This document shows, in pieces, positions 53,171-64,000 of a DNA stretch of 64,000 bases; position 1 is the first letter of the stretch; the number at the start of each line of letters is the position of its first letter. The notes under the pieces are model-generated. The model was not told where the DNA came from and did not search any database. It saw only the letters and a program-made list of their open reading frames with translations. Source of the stretch: Octopus sinensis (taxonomy: Eukaryota); the NCBI RefSeq assembly GCF_006345805.1, contig NC_042997.1, forward strand, positions 84,072,001 to 84,136,000, read 5' to 3'. Position numbers and translations under genes: made by a program.

Positions 53171-54170
53171 TATTTCTTTTCTAAACTCTATTGCTTTCTA
53201 CACAAATTTCATTCTTCTGAGAAACCAAACGAACTTAGTAAAAAACTAATAATAATAATAAATAAATAAATAAAAGATAAAACAAATGAGCCCAAAGGAT
53301 TTTAACCAAATTCATTTTAGGACGATTTTTTCATTCTTCTTTTAAGACTGATATTTCATGCAAACTTATTCTTTGCCTTTCTTTACAAAACTATAGAAAA
53401 ATAAAATCAGATGAAAAAACAAGGAAGCAATGTGAATGTTTTACATGAATCATGTCAATGGAATGGCCACTTGAGGACTTGTGTTTTCACTGTTATGCCT
53501 TCTTATTTCCAAATCTAGCCAAGATTTAAGGGTTGTGAATTTAATGTCAATACCAACTGACAAGGGAATAATTTCATGCTATTGTAAAGGAAAATTAAAA
53601 ATGGTGGTGATGATGATGTTAACTATAATAATAAAGATAATCTTTAAAAACAAGAATAACAATAAAGATGGAGATAAAATCATTAAGTTGTTGTTGCTTA
53701 GTTTGGACTAAGCATGCCTATGATCAAAGGCATTCCAACTATGACCAACTTACCCTGTTGAGCAGTGTGCCCTTATCTTTTAAAGGTGAAGGTATGTAAC
53801 TAATGGTAAGAGTGTTACAATTACATTCATAAATATAGTTTTGATTCCTGTGCTGTATTCTTGAGTAAAACACTTCATTTCATGTTGCTCCACTTAGTTT
53901 CGTAAACAGGTTCCAGCACCAGCTAAGAAGTCAACCTGGCAACAAACCAGAGTTCCAATGGGAAGAGAGAGTTGTTATCCCAGTCCCTTATATTCTCTGG
54001 AAACCCAGCTAACATGCTAACTTCCAAGACCTGTCACTGGAGCTTATCGGTGAGGCTACATGTTTCGGTCACACTATATACAGTTTAATTACAAGTGAAT
54101 GTAATTTCTTTTGTATTTTGACAATATTTCATAAATAAATTTTAACATTTAGCATTTGAAAGCAGTGTGA

Positions 54171-54390
54171 GGCGAGTTGGCAGAATTGTTAGCATGCTGG
54201 GCGAAATGCTTAGCAGTATTTCGTCTGCCGTTACGTTCTCAGTTCAAATTCCACCGAGGTCGACTTTGCCTTTCATCCTTTCGGCGTCGATTAAATAAGT
54301 ACCAGTCATGCACTGGAGTCGATATAATCGATTTAATCCATTTGTCCTCTCTGTGTTTAGCCCTCGTGGGTAGTAAAGAAATAGGTATTT
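54171..54390 (+). mobile_element. tRNA-head SINE, family 2
   Basis: Highly similar to 17531-17764 and followed by further degenerate copies to about 54730. Confidence 0.85.
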
Positions 54391-55194
54391 CATGTCTTTA
54401 CATTGAGTTCAAATTCCACTGAGGTCAACTTTGCATTTCATCCTTTCAGGGTCAATAAAATAAATACCAGCTGAGTAATGGGGTTGATGTAAATGACTTA
54501 CTCTCTCCCCCCAAATTTGAAATCAATATTCTATTATTACTAAGGCAATGAGCTGGCAGTAGCATGCCAGGCAAAATACTTTGCAGCATTTACATTCTGA
54601 GTTCAACTTTGCTTTTCGTCCTTTGAGGATCAATAAAATAAGTACTAGTTACACACTGTGGTTGATATAATTGACTTAGTCCCTCCTCTGAAATTGCTGG
54701 CCTTATGCCAAAATTTGAAACCAGTATTTAGCACTTACGTTATTTAGATATCCTTGAAATTATGTCAAAGATATAAAATAAAATGTTTGCTCAAATTATG
54801 AAAATGTATACCATTGGTGCATTGGGCAGTTGTGTGAAGTTTGCAATGAACCACCATTGGTACATGAGGCAGTTAACATGTTAAGATCTAGCCTTATGAG
54901 GCTCATGACAGATTTGTTTTTTGAAGTTGGAAGGATGTTGCTTGAGAAAGACATAGCTATTTTTCCTGGAAGGTCAATCAATCATAAAGGGACTGTCATA
55001 CTGACTCCTATTGATAAAGATGACAGCAGTAAAATAATGTGTAAAGCTATAATGACAAAAATTAATATTCACTTTTACCAGAAGGGCACAGTTTTACAGA
55101 GTTGTGAAGTTGATTTTGTCAATGACCACACTGTTTCATTGCTATGCTTATCAATCACCTATATAAACAAATATATAAACTTATAGGTTATTGA

Positions 55195-55680
55195 TCATCA
55201 TCACCATTTAATGTCCATTGTCCACACTGGCATGGGTTGGATGGTTTGATCAGAGCTGGCAAGCTGGGGAGCTGCACCCACTTCCAGTCTGATTTGACAT
55301 GGTTTCTATGGCTGGATGCCCTTCATAATGCCAACCACTTTACAGTTTGCTGTGTGTTTTTATGTGGCACTACATGTGCACTTTTACATGGCACTGCAGA
55401 TGCTTTAACATGGCACCACATGTGTGCTTTTATGTGACAGCATATGGGTGCATTTACCTGGCACTGCACATGTGCTTTAAGTGACACTGACAGGAATGCT
55501 TTACACTGCCAGGGAGTGCTTTACACTTCTGCTGTGGTGTACAAGTCTTCTTGAGGACAGCAAGGCACCAGGCATCTGTCCTTTGTAATCTCACCTAAAA
55601 AGTTCAGCATCCTGAGGTCTTTCTTCAGTACTTTAACCCATGTCTTTCTGGGTCTTCCACTTCCATGTTTGATGTCATAA
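55195..55680 (-). mobile_element. RTE LINE 3' fragment with a degenerate ~20-bp repeat array
   Basis: The minus-strand ORF contains GSGRPRKTWVKVLKKDLRML. The 3' UTR ends at catcatcaccatttaatgtcc near 55195. Confidence 0.75.
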
Positions 55681-57317
55681 GTATTTATGAACTTTTGAGG
55701 GAACATGAAATAATTCAGGATCTCAAAACATATATAAAACTATAACTAAAAGCATGTAAGTATTGAGTTGAAAAACCCTTTTTGAATAGAAAACTCAAAA
55801 AGCAGCCATCGATTTATACTATCAAAAAGGGTTTTTAACTCAATACCTACATATTATTTATAGCTTAATACATGCTTCAAGATTCAGTTCCAAAAATAAG
55901 CAAGTTATAGATATTTTACTAAATCCTTCCAAATCATGACTGAAGTAAAATGTCAATAAAACAGAAACAGAGACATTAAAGAGTAAACATCACTAAGAGC
56001 TTTGAAAGTATTTTCAATTAAAACAGTGTGTAATGCCAGGTAATTGAAGCCTCTTGCAGTCCTGTGGCTCACCAGTTCCTGTTAATTCATCCAACCCATG
56101 CTAGCATGGAAAACTGATGACAATGGTGGTGGTGGTGGTGGTGGTAGTTGGTGTGATGGTGATGATGATGCTATAAAAACTATACACTATATACTTTTTT
56201 AATATATAACCCATTTTGCTTTTTTTTATGAAAAAGATCCCACCCCCCTGCCACCTATTCATATAACAATGAACATGGTAATTCACAAGCCACAGTCAGA
56301 TATTGGTATGTATATTTAGAGCAGGTGCTTTACAGATGGATATCACTGCTAAGTAGGAAAGAAAAATCAATTTCCTTAACTACTCAGAAATTAGAGTAGA
56401 TCTAACTATTTATTTCTTCTTCCTCAGCTTTTTTGCAACATGCCTTTTTCTAAAATTACATCTTCATTATCATCATCTGTATAACATATGTTATACTATG
56501 TACAGTAGTATATGTATCTATACCAAATATACAACACACATAAATATAAAATGATATAAATTTTAATGTAGGTTGTTCGTATACAGTTTTGTTTTTTTTT
56601 AACAATTGTGAGCTTTCACACTTCCACTATTTTGACATCAGAATGGCACTGAAAGCAGAGATTCAAATAGGTATAATTCCTATTCAGAAATCAGGAAGGA
56701 AAGTCTTGTATTACATAATAAAGCTTGAATGAGATTGTGTAAGCCAATATTATTGAATCCATCAATGAATAAATTAACATTTCCTGTAATGATTATTGGC
56801 TCATCACTCAGCACCTTTATACACAAACATACACATTAAAGATGAAAATGGTTTGATCAAAAATCAAAACCAAAATTGCAGCTATACTTTGCTGAAAGTT
56901 TACAACTACTCACAGAATGATTTCCAAGGAAATTTGTAGAAAATACAAAAGATTTCTTAAAATTTCAAGAATCTTTGTTATACACAACTGGTAACGATGA
57001 AATAAAAACCAAAGTTAAAATATGAAAGGGTTCAATAAGCATCAAACTAAGATGGAAGATTAGACTGGTAGATTTTGCTCCCTAAGGTTTTCTACATCAA
57101 AAAGGCCACAGATAATGTTAACTAGTTCTATAATGATCTCAAGGCTTTATATATCTAACCAATCACTTCACTGCCTGAATAACTGTACATGACAATTATA
57201 TGATTCCAAATTCAATCCTTCTGCCCAGTACATTAGTTAAGTGCCTTCTGTCATAATCTCAAGTTGATCAAAGCCTTGTGGGGAAAGCTAGAAACTTCTG
57301 TCAGTTGAACAGCATCT

Positions 57318-57524
57318 TATTTCTTTATTGTCCACAAGGAGCTAAACATAGAGGGGACAAACAAGGACAGACAAAGGGATCAAGTTGATTACATCGACCC
57401 CAGTGCATAACTGGTACTTAATTTATCGACCCTGAAAGGATGAAAGGCGGAATTTGAACTCAGGACGTAACGGCAGATGAAATATCGCTAAGCATTTTGC
57501 CCGGCATGCTAACGTTTCTGCCAA
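57318..57524 (-). mobile_element. tRNA-head SINE, family 2 (inverted relative to 54171)
   Basis: Reverse complement of the 17531/54171 family, with a short internal deletion. Confidence 0.85.
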
Positions 57525-60500
57525 TGTTTCTGGAGAGGCTGACCTAAATTGTCAACTTGCTTAGTTGCCACCACCTAGTCCTTAGATGCTTTTAGAACTA
57601 TCTACACTATCACAAGCATTTTAGCTAAATCACTAGCCTGAGAATAACATCCTTGTTTCTTACCCACTGGGCTGAGAAATCCGTCCTGCAAGATGTGAAT
57701 GGTAAATAAAACACTGGCACAAATCTACAGTTTTGACAAGGAAAGCATATAATAGATTTAACCAAAGATAGTACTTAACTGGTATTCATTTTAATGATTT
57801 CAGAATGATGAAAGGCAAAAATCAACCCCAGCTGGGACTTAAACTCAAAATGTTGATGGTTGTAGCTAACTATCTAGCATACAGGTTACTACTCTATCAA
57901 ATATAATACTTATTTATTGACATTGTTTTGAATTACTCATGCATTATCTTGTAGCCTTGAGATTTTAATGACATATTCTTCAGGCTAACATTGTTGGGTA
58001 AGTGTGAGAGGCTGGATCTGGAAAGTATGAGCATAATGCATGAAGAATATTTTGGCCAGACTTGGCCAATTTAAATGCTAAAGAGTTAAACACTGCGGGG
58101 CCCTATCAATTCTGCCATCCACCACAAACAATAGTAATAGTAGACACAAAGAAGAATATCCAAGTTTCAAAGCATAAAGGTTGTGACATAAAGGTAGTAG
58201 TAGCTTGACAATATTGTTATGAATTTAACCTTTTAGCAGTTAAACTGGTTACATCTGGCCAAAATATTCTGCTCATTTTGTATTCAAACTGACCAGATCC
58301 AGCCTCTTGCACCTTGTCCTGCAATGTCACTCTAAAAATAAACAATCACATCATCTAAATCTCAAAACTATAACATAATGCATGACAGATTCAAAACAAT
58401 GTGAATAAGCATTATATGTATTATATTTGACAAAGTAATCTGAATGTTGAAGGGTCAAACTTTATTTGAACACAAACTGGAGTTTGATACAATCTGCCTG
58501 ACTAAAAAATGGATATGTTTCTACTTTTAGGCTGAATGGTTAGAGTTGTGAAGGGTAAAGACCCTCTTCAGTCATGAATGACTATGGCATTGCACCTAGA
58601 AAGTTACCCACCGAGGCACAAGTCCAAGCAAAGTTATTTGTGAAAGACTAGCAGTCACCCATGCATACCAGCCTCCCCTCTCCATGCCATTGATGTTATT
58701 CTTGGGAAAGGCAAAGGTTGATGCAGTTTGGCACCAGTGACATTGCAACTAATTTCTACAGTTAAGTGAACTGGAGCAATGTGAAATAAAGTGTTTTGCT
58801 CAAGAACATAACACACAGCTTCATCTGGGAATCAAACTCATTACCTCATGATTGTAATCCCAATGCTCTAACCACTGAGCCATGTGCCTTCACGAACAAT
58901 ATATAAAATGCACAAATTTGCAAAAGTTACTTTACTCAGTGAAGAAACTGTTACAAATTTATGAAATTCGAAAAATTCAACATGGGAAAAAGATGTAAAA
59001 CATACAAACACCAAAATGAGGAAAGAACAACTTGCACAAAACAAATTCTTACAAAATTGTGCTGAAATATTTCATTAAAATTTTACCTGAACAGAAATTT
59101 ATAATGATCAAAGGGTCAGTTTTTTTAATGTGATCTAGATTGATGTAATAAGATAAACAATAAATAAAGTTAGAAATTTTACAACTATCTCTAACAGTAC
59201 AAATTTGAAAAATCCAAATATTCATAAATACTACCATATTATCAATTGTCGAAATTGGTAGGTGTGAATATGAACTCTGTTGTACTTAATACAGAATGCC
59301 CATGTTGAAAGTTATTTAGTAGATATGGATTTCATTATAGATTATAAATCTGCAACTAACATGCAATTTAAATGGAACTGATGGCAACTATCATACAAAG
59401 TGGTTCTGCCTACAATGGAGATATATGTTGCAAGTAGATTGTTGCAGTAAATATTTTCAAATATGATGTTTTACACATCTATACATTGTATGAAATTAAA
59501 ACATAACTTTAAGAGGTTATTGGATCACCATCAAATATTTCACATCCATAAGTAAGTATTCGGGGCTCATCTCTCTCCTATCTCTCATTGATTTAGTTTA
59601 GAAGATACTTTAAAAGTAATCAGTTAAGTGAAAATGGCTCAAAAGGCAATTTAACTCAGATTGTGGAGAGCTAATCACTGTTCTGCACCGTTAATATGCT
59701 TCAGAAATGCTTCACAGAAGCCTTACATAATTGCTCAATTTGCTAGATATAGTTGCCAAATCTTTCTCAAATTCAATGCTAATATCTTGATAAAAAAAGG
59801 GAAGGTCACATAAGAGCATATCAAATTAAAAAATGGCAATAACATCAATTTTTTTGATCATACACCGCTGAACTAGGGTTGAATTAGGACTAAGCAATAT
59901 CAAATGTTGGGGAATGTAGTATAGTTTTCAACTTTAGAGCCCAAAATCAAAGAATTAATAAATAAACTTCCACAGTTATATACATTTTTCTATAGACTAT
60001 AATGGAGATTTGACTGTATCAAGAACTAGTAGCAGTACTTTGCCCTGCTCAAGTTGATTGTTACTTAAAATAAAAGCAGTCATATAAATTCACCATATTT
60101 TAGCTAAATTGTAATAAGAAAAATTCAGACAGCTTGCATTATCTATGACCTTGACTCACTGCTGAGAACATACTTAATAGTCTTACTCAAGAACTTATAA
60201 AACTAGAAATGCAAATATGAAAAGATGGTTATCAAAAGAAAAAAAAAATATAGAGCACAAAACACCCAAAACGATGCTTGGAATTGTGGAAGTGTGTGTT
60301 ACAACCTCTAGATATTTATTTTCCACTATGATTCCAAGGGCTTTGTTTCAAATTAATCATTCTACATGTGTTGTTTGTCAACTGCTTGCTTTTACTGCCT
60401 CTCCCTTGATTTCTATATTTACCTTTGGACACAGCTTATATTTAGTTTTATTGTTATCATAATTATCATTATTATTATTATTATTATTCACATGAAGAAA

Positions 60501-61559
60501 GAAACAATTATTATTATATTTACAGGATGTAGATGAGTAAAAAGTTACACAAGACATATGCACAATTAGATTTAGATAAGAACTGATGAGAAAGTGTTTG
60601 CATGTCAGAGTAACTCCTCTGAATTCTGTGTCTGTCTGTCTGTCTTCCAAAACCATTAAGATTCAGCAGCATTGAAGCCCTAATACCAAGCCTTGTAGTA
60701 CATAGGAGTAGATCTATTAATTTTTCTGCCTAAGTCTGCTTAAACTTTTCGCCAGAATGTTATGACCTCTGTCTCTCTCTTTATCTCTCTCTCAACAACC
60801 CTTAATCCCCCCCACCTTTTTTTTTATAAATTTAGAATAGTAGTTTACAGATGTATTAACTACCTCAGTTAGTCAACAGCATCATTATTACTACTACCAA
60901 TATTTAAAATACCTTTTTTTCTTTCTATTATTTAATTAGAGATCCCATATGTAGTCACTCTCATCCAGCAAGAAACAGTAGTCAAATCTCCCTCAAACCA
61001 CATCCCACAATCTTATAAAAGGACTAATACAGCCTCAACACACTATTCCTGTAAGAATGAGGCACAGGGATGCCTGTGAGGTTAAGAAGTTCATTTTGCA
61101 ACCATGTGGTTTTGGGTTCAATCACACTGCACAACACCATCGTCAGATCAATACCTTGTGAATGGATTTGGTAAACAGAAACCATGTGCAAGTCCTTCAT
61201 TTACATGTGTGTGTATGTGTGTGTATCCATTTGTGTACATGTGTGTATACAGAGAGAGTGAGACAGGCCCTAGAAACTTACTCATCTGGGCCCCACTAAC
61301 CTGTTAGATACTAATACTATGAGCTTCAGGAATCTTGCCCACTTCAACACTAGCAATACAAGTACCGTCACACCTAGTCCTTATAACCCTATCACACATG
61401 ACTGCAGTGATGCCCTCTCCCAGCCCCATACTAGTAACGATAATACCTTTGGTCTTACTTCAAGGATAACTGATCATATGAATCAGCATGGAATAGGGAT
61501 TAATTCTAAGCCCACCACTAATGGGAAAACTGTAACTATTGGGTTTATGTAACTATTGT

Positions 61560-61820
61560 TTATGCTATATTATCAAATATAAATGTGGGGTAATAACTCC
61601 ATGTTCCTACCAGGCAGTACCACTCACTTCCAGCACTGCTACTGGGCTCCCCTCAATTCATTCTCAAATAGAGCCTCTTCCTCCTTAGGTACATATATAC
61701 TACACCTCAAGTTCCTGGACATTCCCTATGCCTTATCCTGGTCTATAATTTGTGGGATTTCTTTGTACAACACTGACCATTGTTTGGTAAGTTATGTTGC
61801 AGGGAATCACTCATTACTCT
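61560..61820 (+). mobile_element. Penelope-like endonuclease remnant
   Basis: NSFSNRASSSLGTYILHLKFLDIPYALSWSII...YNTDHCLV follows the same pattern as the 48029 remnant. Confidence 0.6.
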
Positions 61821-61847
61821 TTACTAGCATCTTTTTCATTTATATAT

Positions 61848-62025
61848 ATTTCTTTATTGCCCACAAGGGGTTAAACGCAGAGGGGACAAACAAAGACAGA
61901 CAAACGGATTAAGTCGATTATATCGACCCCAGTGCGTAACTGGTACTCAATTTATCGACCCCGAAAGGATGAAAGGCAAAGTCGACCTCGGCGGAATTTG
62001 AACTCGGAACGTAACGGCAGACGAA
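61848..62025 (-). mobile_element. tRNA-head SINE, family 2, young 5'-truncated copy
   Basis: CpG-rich reverse complement of the 17531 family. Confidence 0.85.
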
Positions 62026-62037
62026 GCATCTTGAAAA

Positions 62038-62200
62038 CCCTCTCCAAATCCAGACCCTATGTTAACAGGTCAAAAAGATGCTCAGTATGTTCTCTTGCAA
62101 ACCTTTACCTCTTAAAGAACTTGGGAGCCTCCAACAACTACACGAGTTCCAGGAATGAGATCCTTTTCTGTATACCCACATTTTAAAAAATACATCTTGG
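62038..62200 (+). mobile_element. Second Penelope-like endonuclease C-terminal remnant
   Basis: SKSRPYVNRSKRCSVCSLANLYLL...SSRNEILFC resembles PY...RCxLCLxEK...NKRSEI..CxH. Confidence 0.55.
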
Positions 62201-62639
62201 TGGAATTTAAAAATAAGATATCAGACACATAGTAAACCATTAACATCTTGTTTACATCTTTGACATTGTTTATTCTATTGTTGTGTTTTATTTGCAAGGC
62301 CCTTCTTGTGTTTTATTTTTTGTCGTATTCTTTATCAGTATCCCTTGTTTAAATGTCATCTGTTTAGAAAAGCAACTGACAAATGGTCTTGTTTTCAGCT
62401 TGAAAAATGGTGAAATAAATTAATTTTTCAACAAAGAAACCCTGGGTAGCTGTATTTAACAAGAATTGTGATTTTTATTATAGTAGGTGCTCCAGCATGG
62501 TTGCAGTCAAATGACTGAAACAAGTAAAAGAATAAAAGAATATATATATATATAATCCAAATGGCGGTGCCCCAGCATGGCCACAGCTCATTAGCTGAAA
62601 CTGGAAAAATCAAATCAAAATCATATATATATATATATA

Positions 62640-63923
62640 TTAGGTCACCCCTTAAATAAGGTAGTCTTTTTCAATTACATGAACTAAAAGTCAGAAGAGG
62701 ACAGGATAAATTACCTGCATCAACTTGCTATGAAAGCATGTAGTAATTTTACCTTGTAGTTATTCTTAGAGCAAGTTTTGAAGAGTGCAATTCGATTATA
62801 ACAGTTATTTTTTCAAAGCTATAATGGAGGTGACAAAGGAGCATATTTGGCATATTTTGCTTTATGTGTTCAATAAAGGCAACAACGCAACAGAAAATGC
62901 AAGGAATATTAATGCAGTGTATGGGGATTGGACAATAAGCGTAAGCCAGTGTCAACGGTGGTTCCAGAAATTCCGAGCTGGAAACTACAGCCTAGAAGAC
63001 GAGCCTCATCCTGGAAGATCTGTAGAGCTCGATGAGGATGTTCTGGTAGAAGAAAATCCCATTGTAACTGTTGAGGAACTAGCAGAGAAGCTTGGATTAG
63101 CTCATTCAATCATTCACTGATACCTGCATACCATTAGAAAAATCAGCAAATTGGGTCAATGAGTTCCTCACAAACTTTCCAAGTCTCATCACATGCAGAG
63201 AGTGAATGAGTGCTCTTCTTTGCTGTCAAGTCTCACGAATGAACCTTTTTTGAACCGAATAGTGACTGGTGACGAGAAATAGAGAAAGAGGTTCTCTATA
63301 AAAATGTCAAGAACTGAAGACCGTGAGCAGGGAAAGGAGAAACACCAGCACCCCAGGCTAAAGAAGGTCTTCACTCACGTAAGGTGCTGTTATCTGTTTG
63401 GTGGGATATGAAAGATTTAATCCACTCTGAACTTTTAAACATAAACCAAATGATAACAAAGATCTGCTGCAAGCAGCTTGAGTGGCTTAAATCAGCACCA
63501 GAAGAAAAACGACCATCTTTGGTTTCAAAATGATAGGTGTAATTCCATCAGGATAATGCTCGACCACATACAACAAAGATGACATTTCAAAGCCTGAAGC
63601 AGTTTGAATAAAAAACAATACCCACCCACCATATTTGCTGGACATTGCCCCATCTGATTATCATTTATTCTGCAGTCTTCAAAATCATTTGGACAGAAAA
63701 AATATGAATTCTGTAGACGAGGTCAGAATAGTACTGGAGGAGAACTTTTCATCATGGACAAGTGAATTTTGGAAGAAGGGCCTTGCAAATCTACCAGGTA
63801 GATGGAAGAGTATTGTAGAAAATGAAGGAGAGTATATTTTAGATTAAAAAAGAACTTTGTTTATCTTAATTTTGAAAAATAAAAGAAGTATAAAAAAACT
63901 GCATCATTTTTGGGGTGACTCAA
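62640..63923 (+). mobile_element. Full-length (1284 bp) decayed mariner element
   Basis: Left TIR ttaggtcaccccttaaataaggtagtcttttt; right TIR reverse complement ttgagtcaccccaaaaatgatgcagttttt; TA on both flanks; typical mariner length. Confidence 0.92.
62824..63847 (+). pseudogene. Mariner DD34D transposase pseudogene
   Basis: MEVTKEHIWHILLY...QCQRWFQKFRAG...GRSVE, *VPH (WVPH), VTGDEK, HQDNARPH and HPPYLLDIAPSDYHLF (the YSPDLAPSD motif). Several stops and frameshifts. Confidence 0.9.
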
Positions 63924-64000
63924 TATATATACATAAAGGTTCATTGCCTTGCAACTTACTTCATGACTCTGCTAATGCTGGTGCCATATAAAAAGCATCC

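Noticed and set aside
61932-62186. Recurring peptide RNWY..YRPRKDERQSRPRRNLNSE (also at 17468-17677)
   Set aside because: This is the antisense translation of the family 2 SINE, not a gene family.

Overview
AT-rich, repeat-dense eukaryotic DNA. The repeat families (tRNA-head SINEs, RTE LINEs ending in (ATG)n, Penelope-like relics, dense microsatellites) look like an octopus or related cephalopod genome; this is my inference, not a database result. I recognise one host coding exon: 128 nt on the minus strand at 25215-25342, with canonical splice sites, encoding FAAIVRKRGLEYYKKQLIPEILHSSLFLSTNAYSYVAFFCLW(R). It matches the second coding exon of TMEM135 as I recall the vertebrate protein. I could not find the neighbouring exons, so most of the window is probably intronic. 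The rest is mobile DNA: a young 5'-truncated RTE LINE (3549-5895), many RTE 3'-end fragments, a CR1-type RT fragment next to a 100-N gap, L1/Tx1-like relics, at least five Penelope-like GIY-YIG relics, a Tigger fragment, a full-length decayed mariner (62640-63923), many SINEs, and several foldback structures. Nearly all ORFs in the supplied track are microsatellite or repeat artefacts. I found no firm evidence of a new biological system. The best leads are (i) hammerhead-ribozyme-like motifs among Penelope-like debris, (ii) a copy-number-variable 63-66 bp array in the RTE 3' UTR, (iii) a 700-bp nested foldback with two mutually exclusive pairings, and (iv) an unexplained 134-codon Cys/His-containing open frame at 54782-55186. 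Element boundaries are estimated by eye unless stated as exact.
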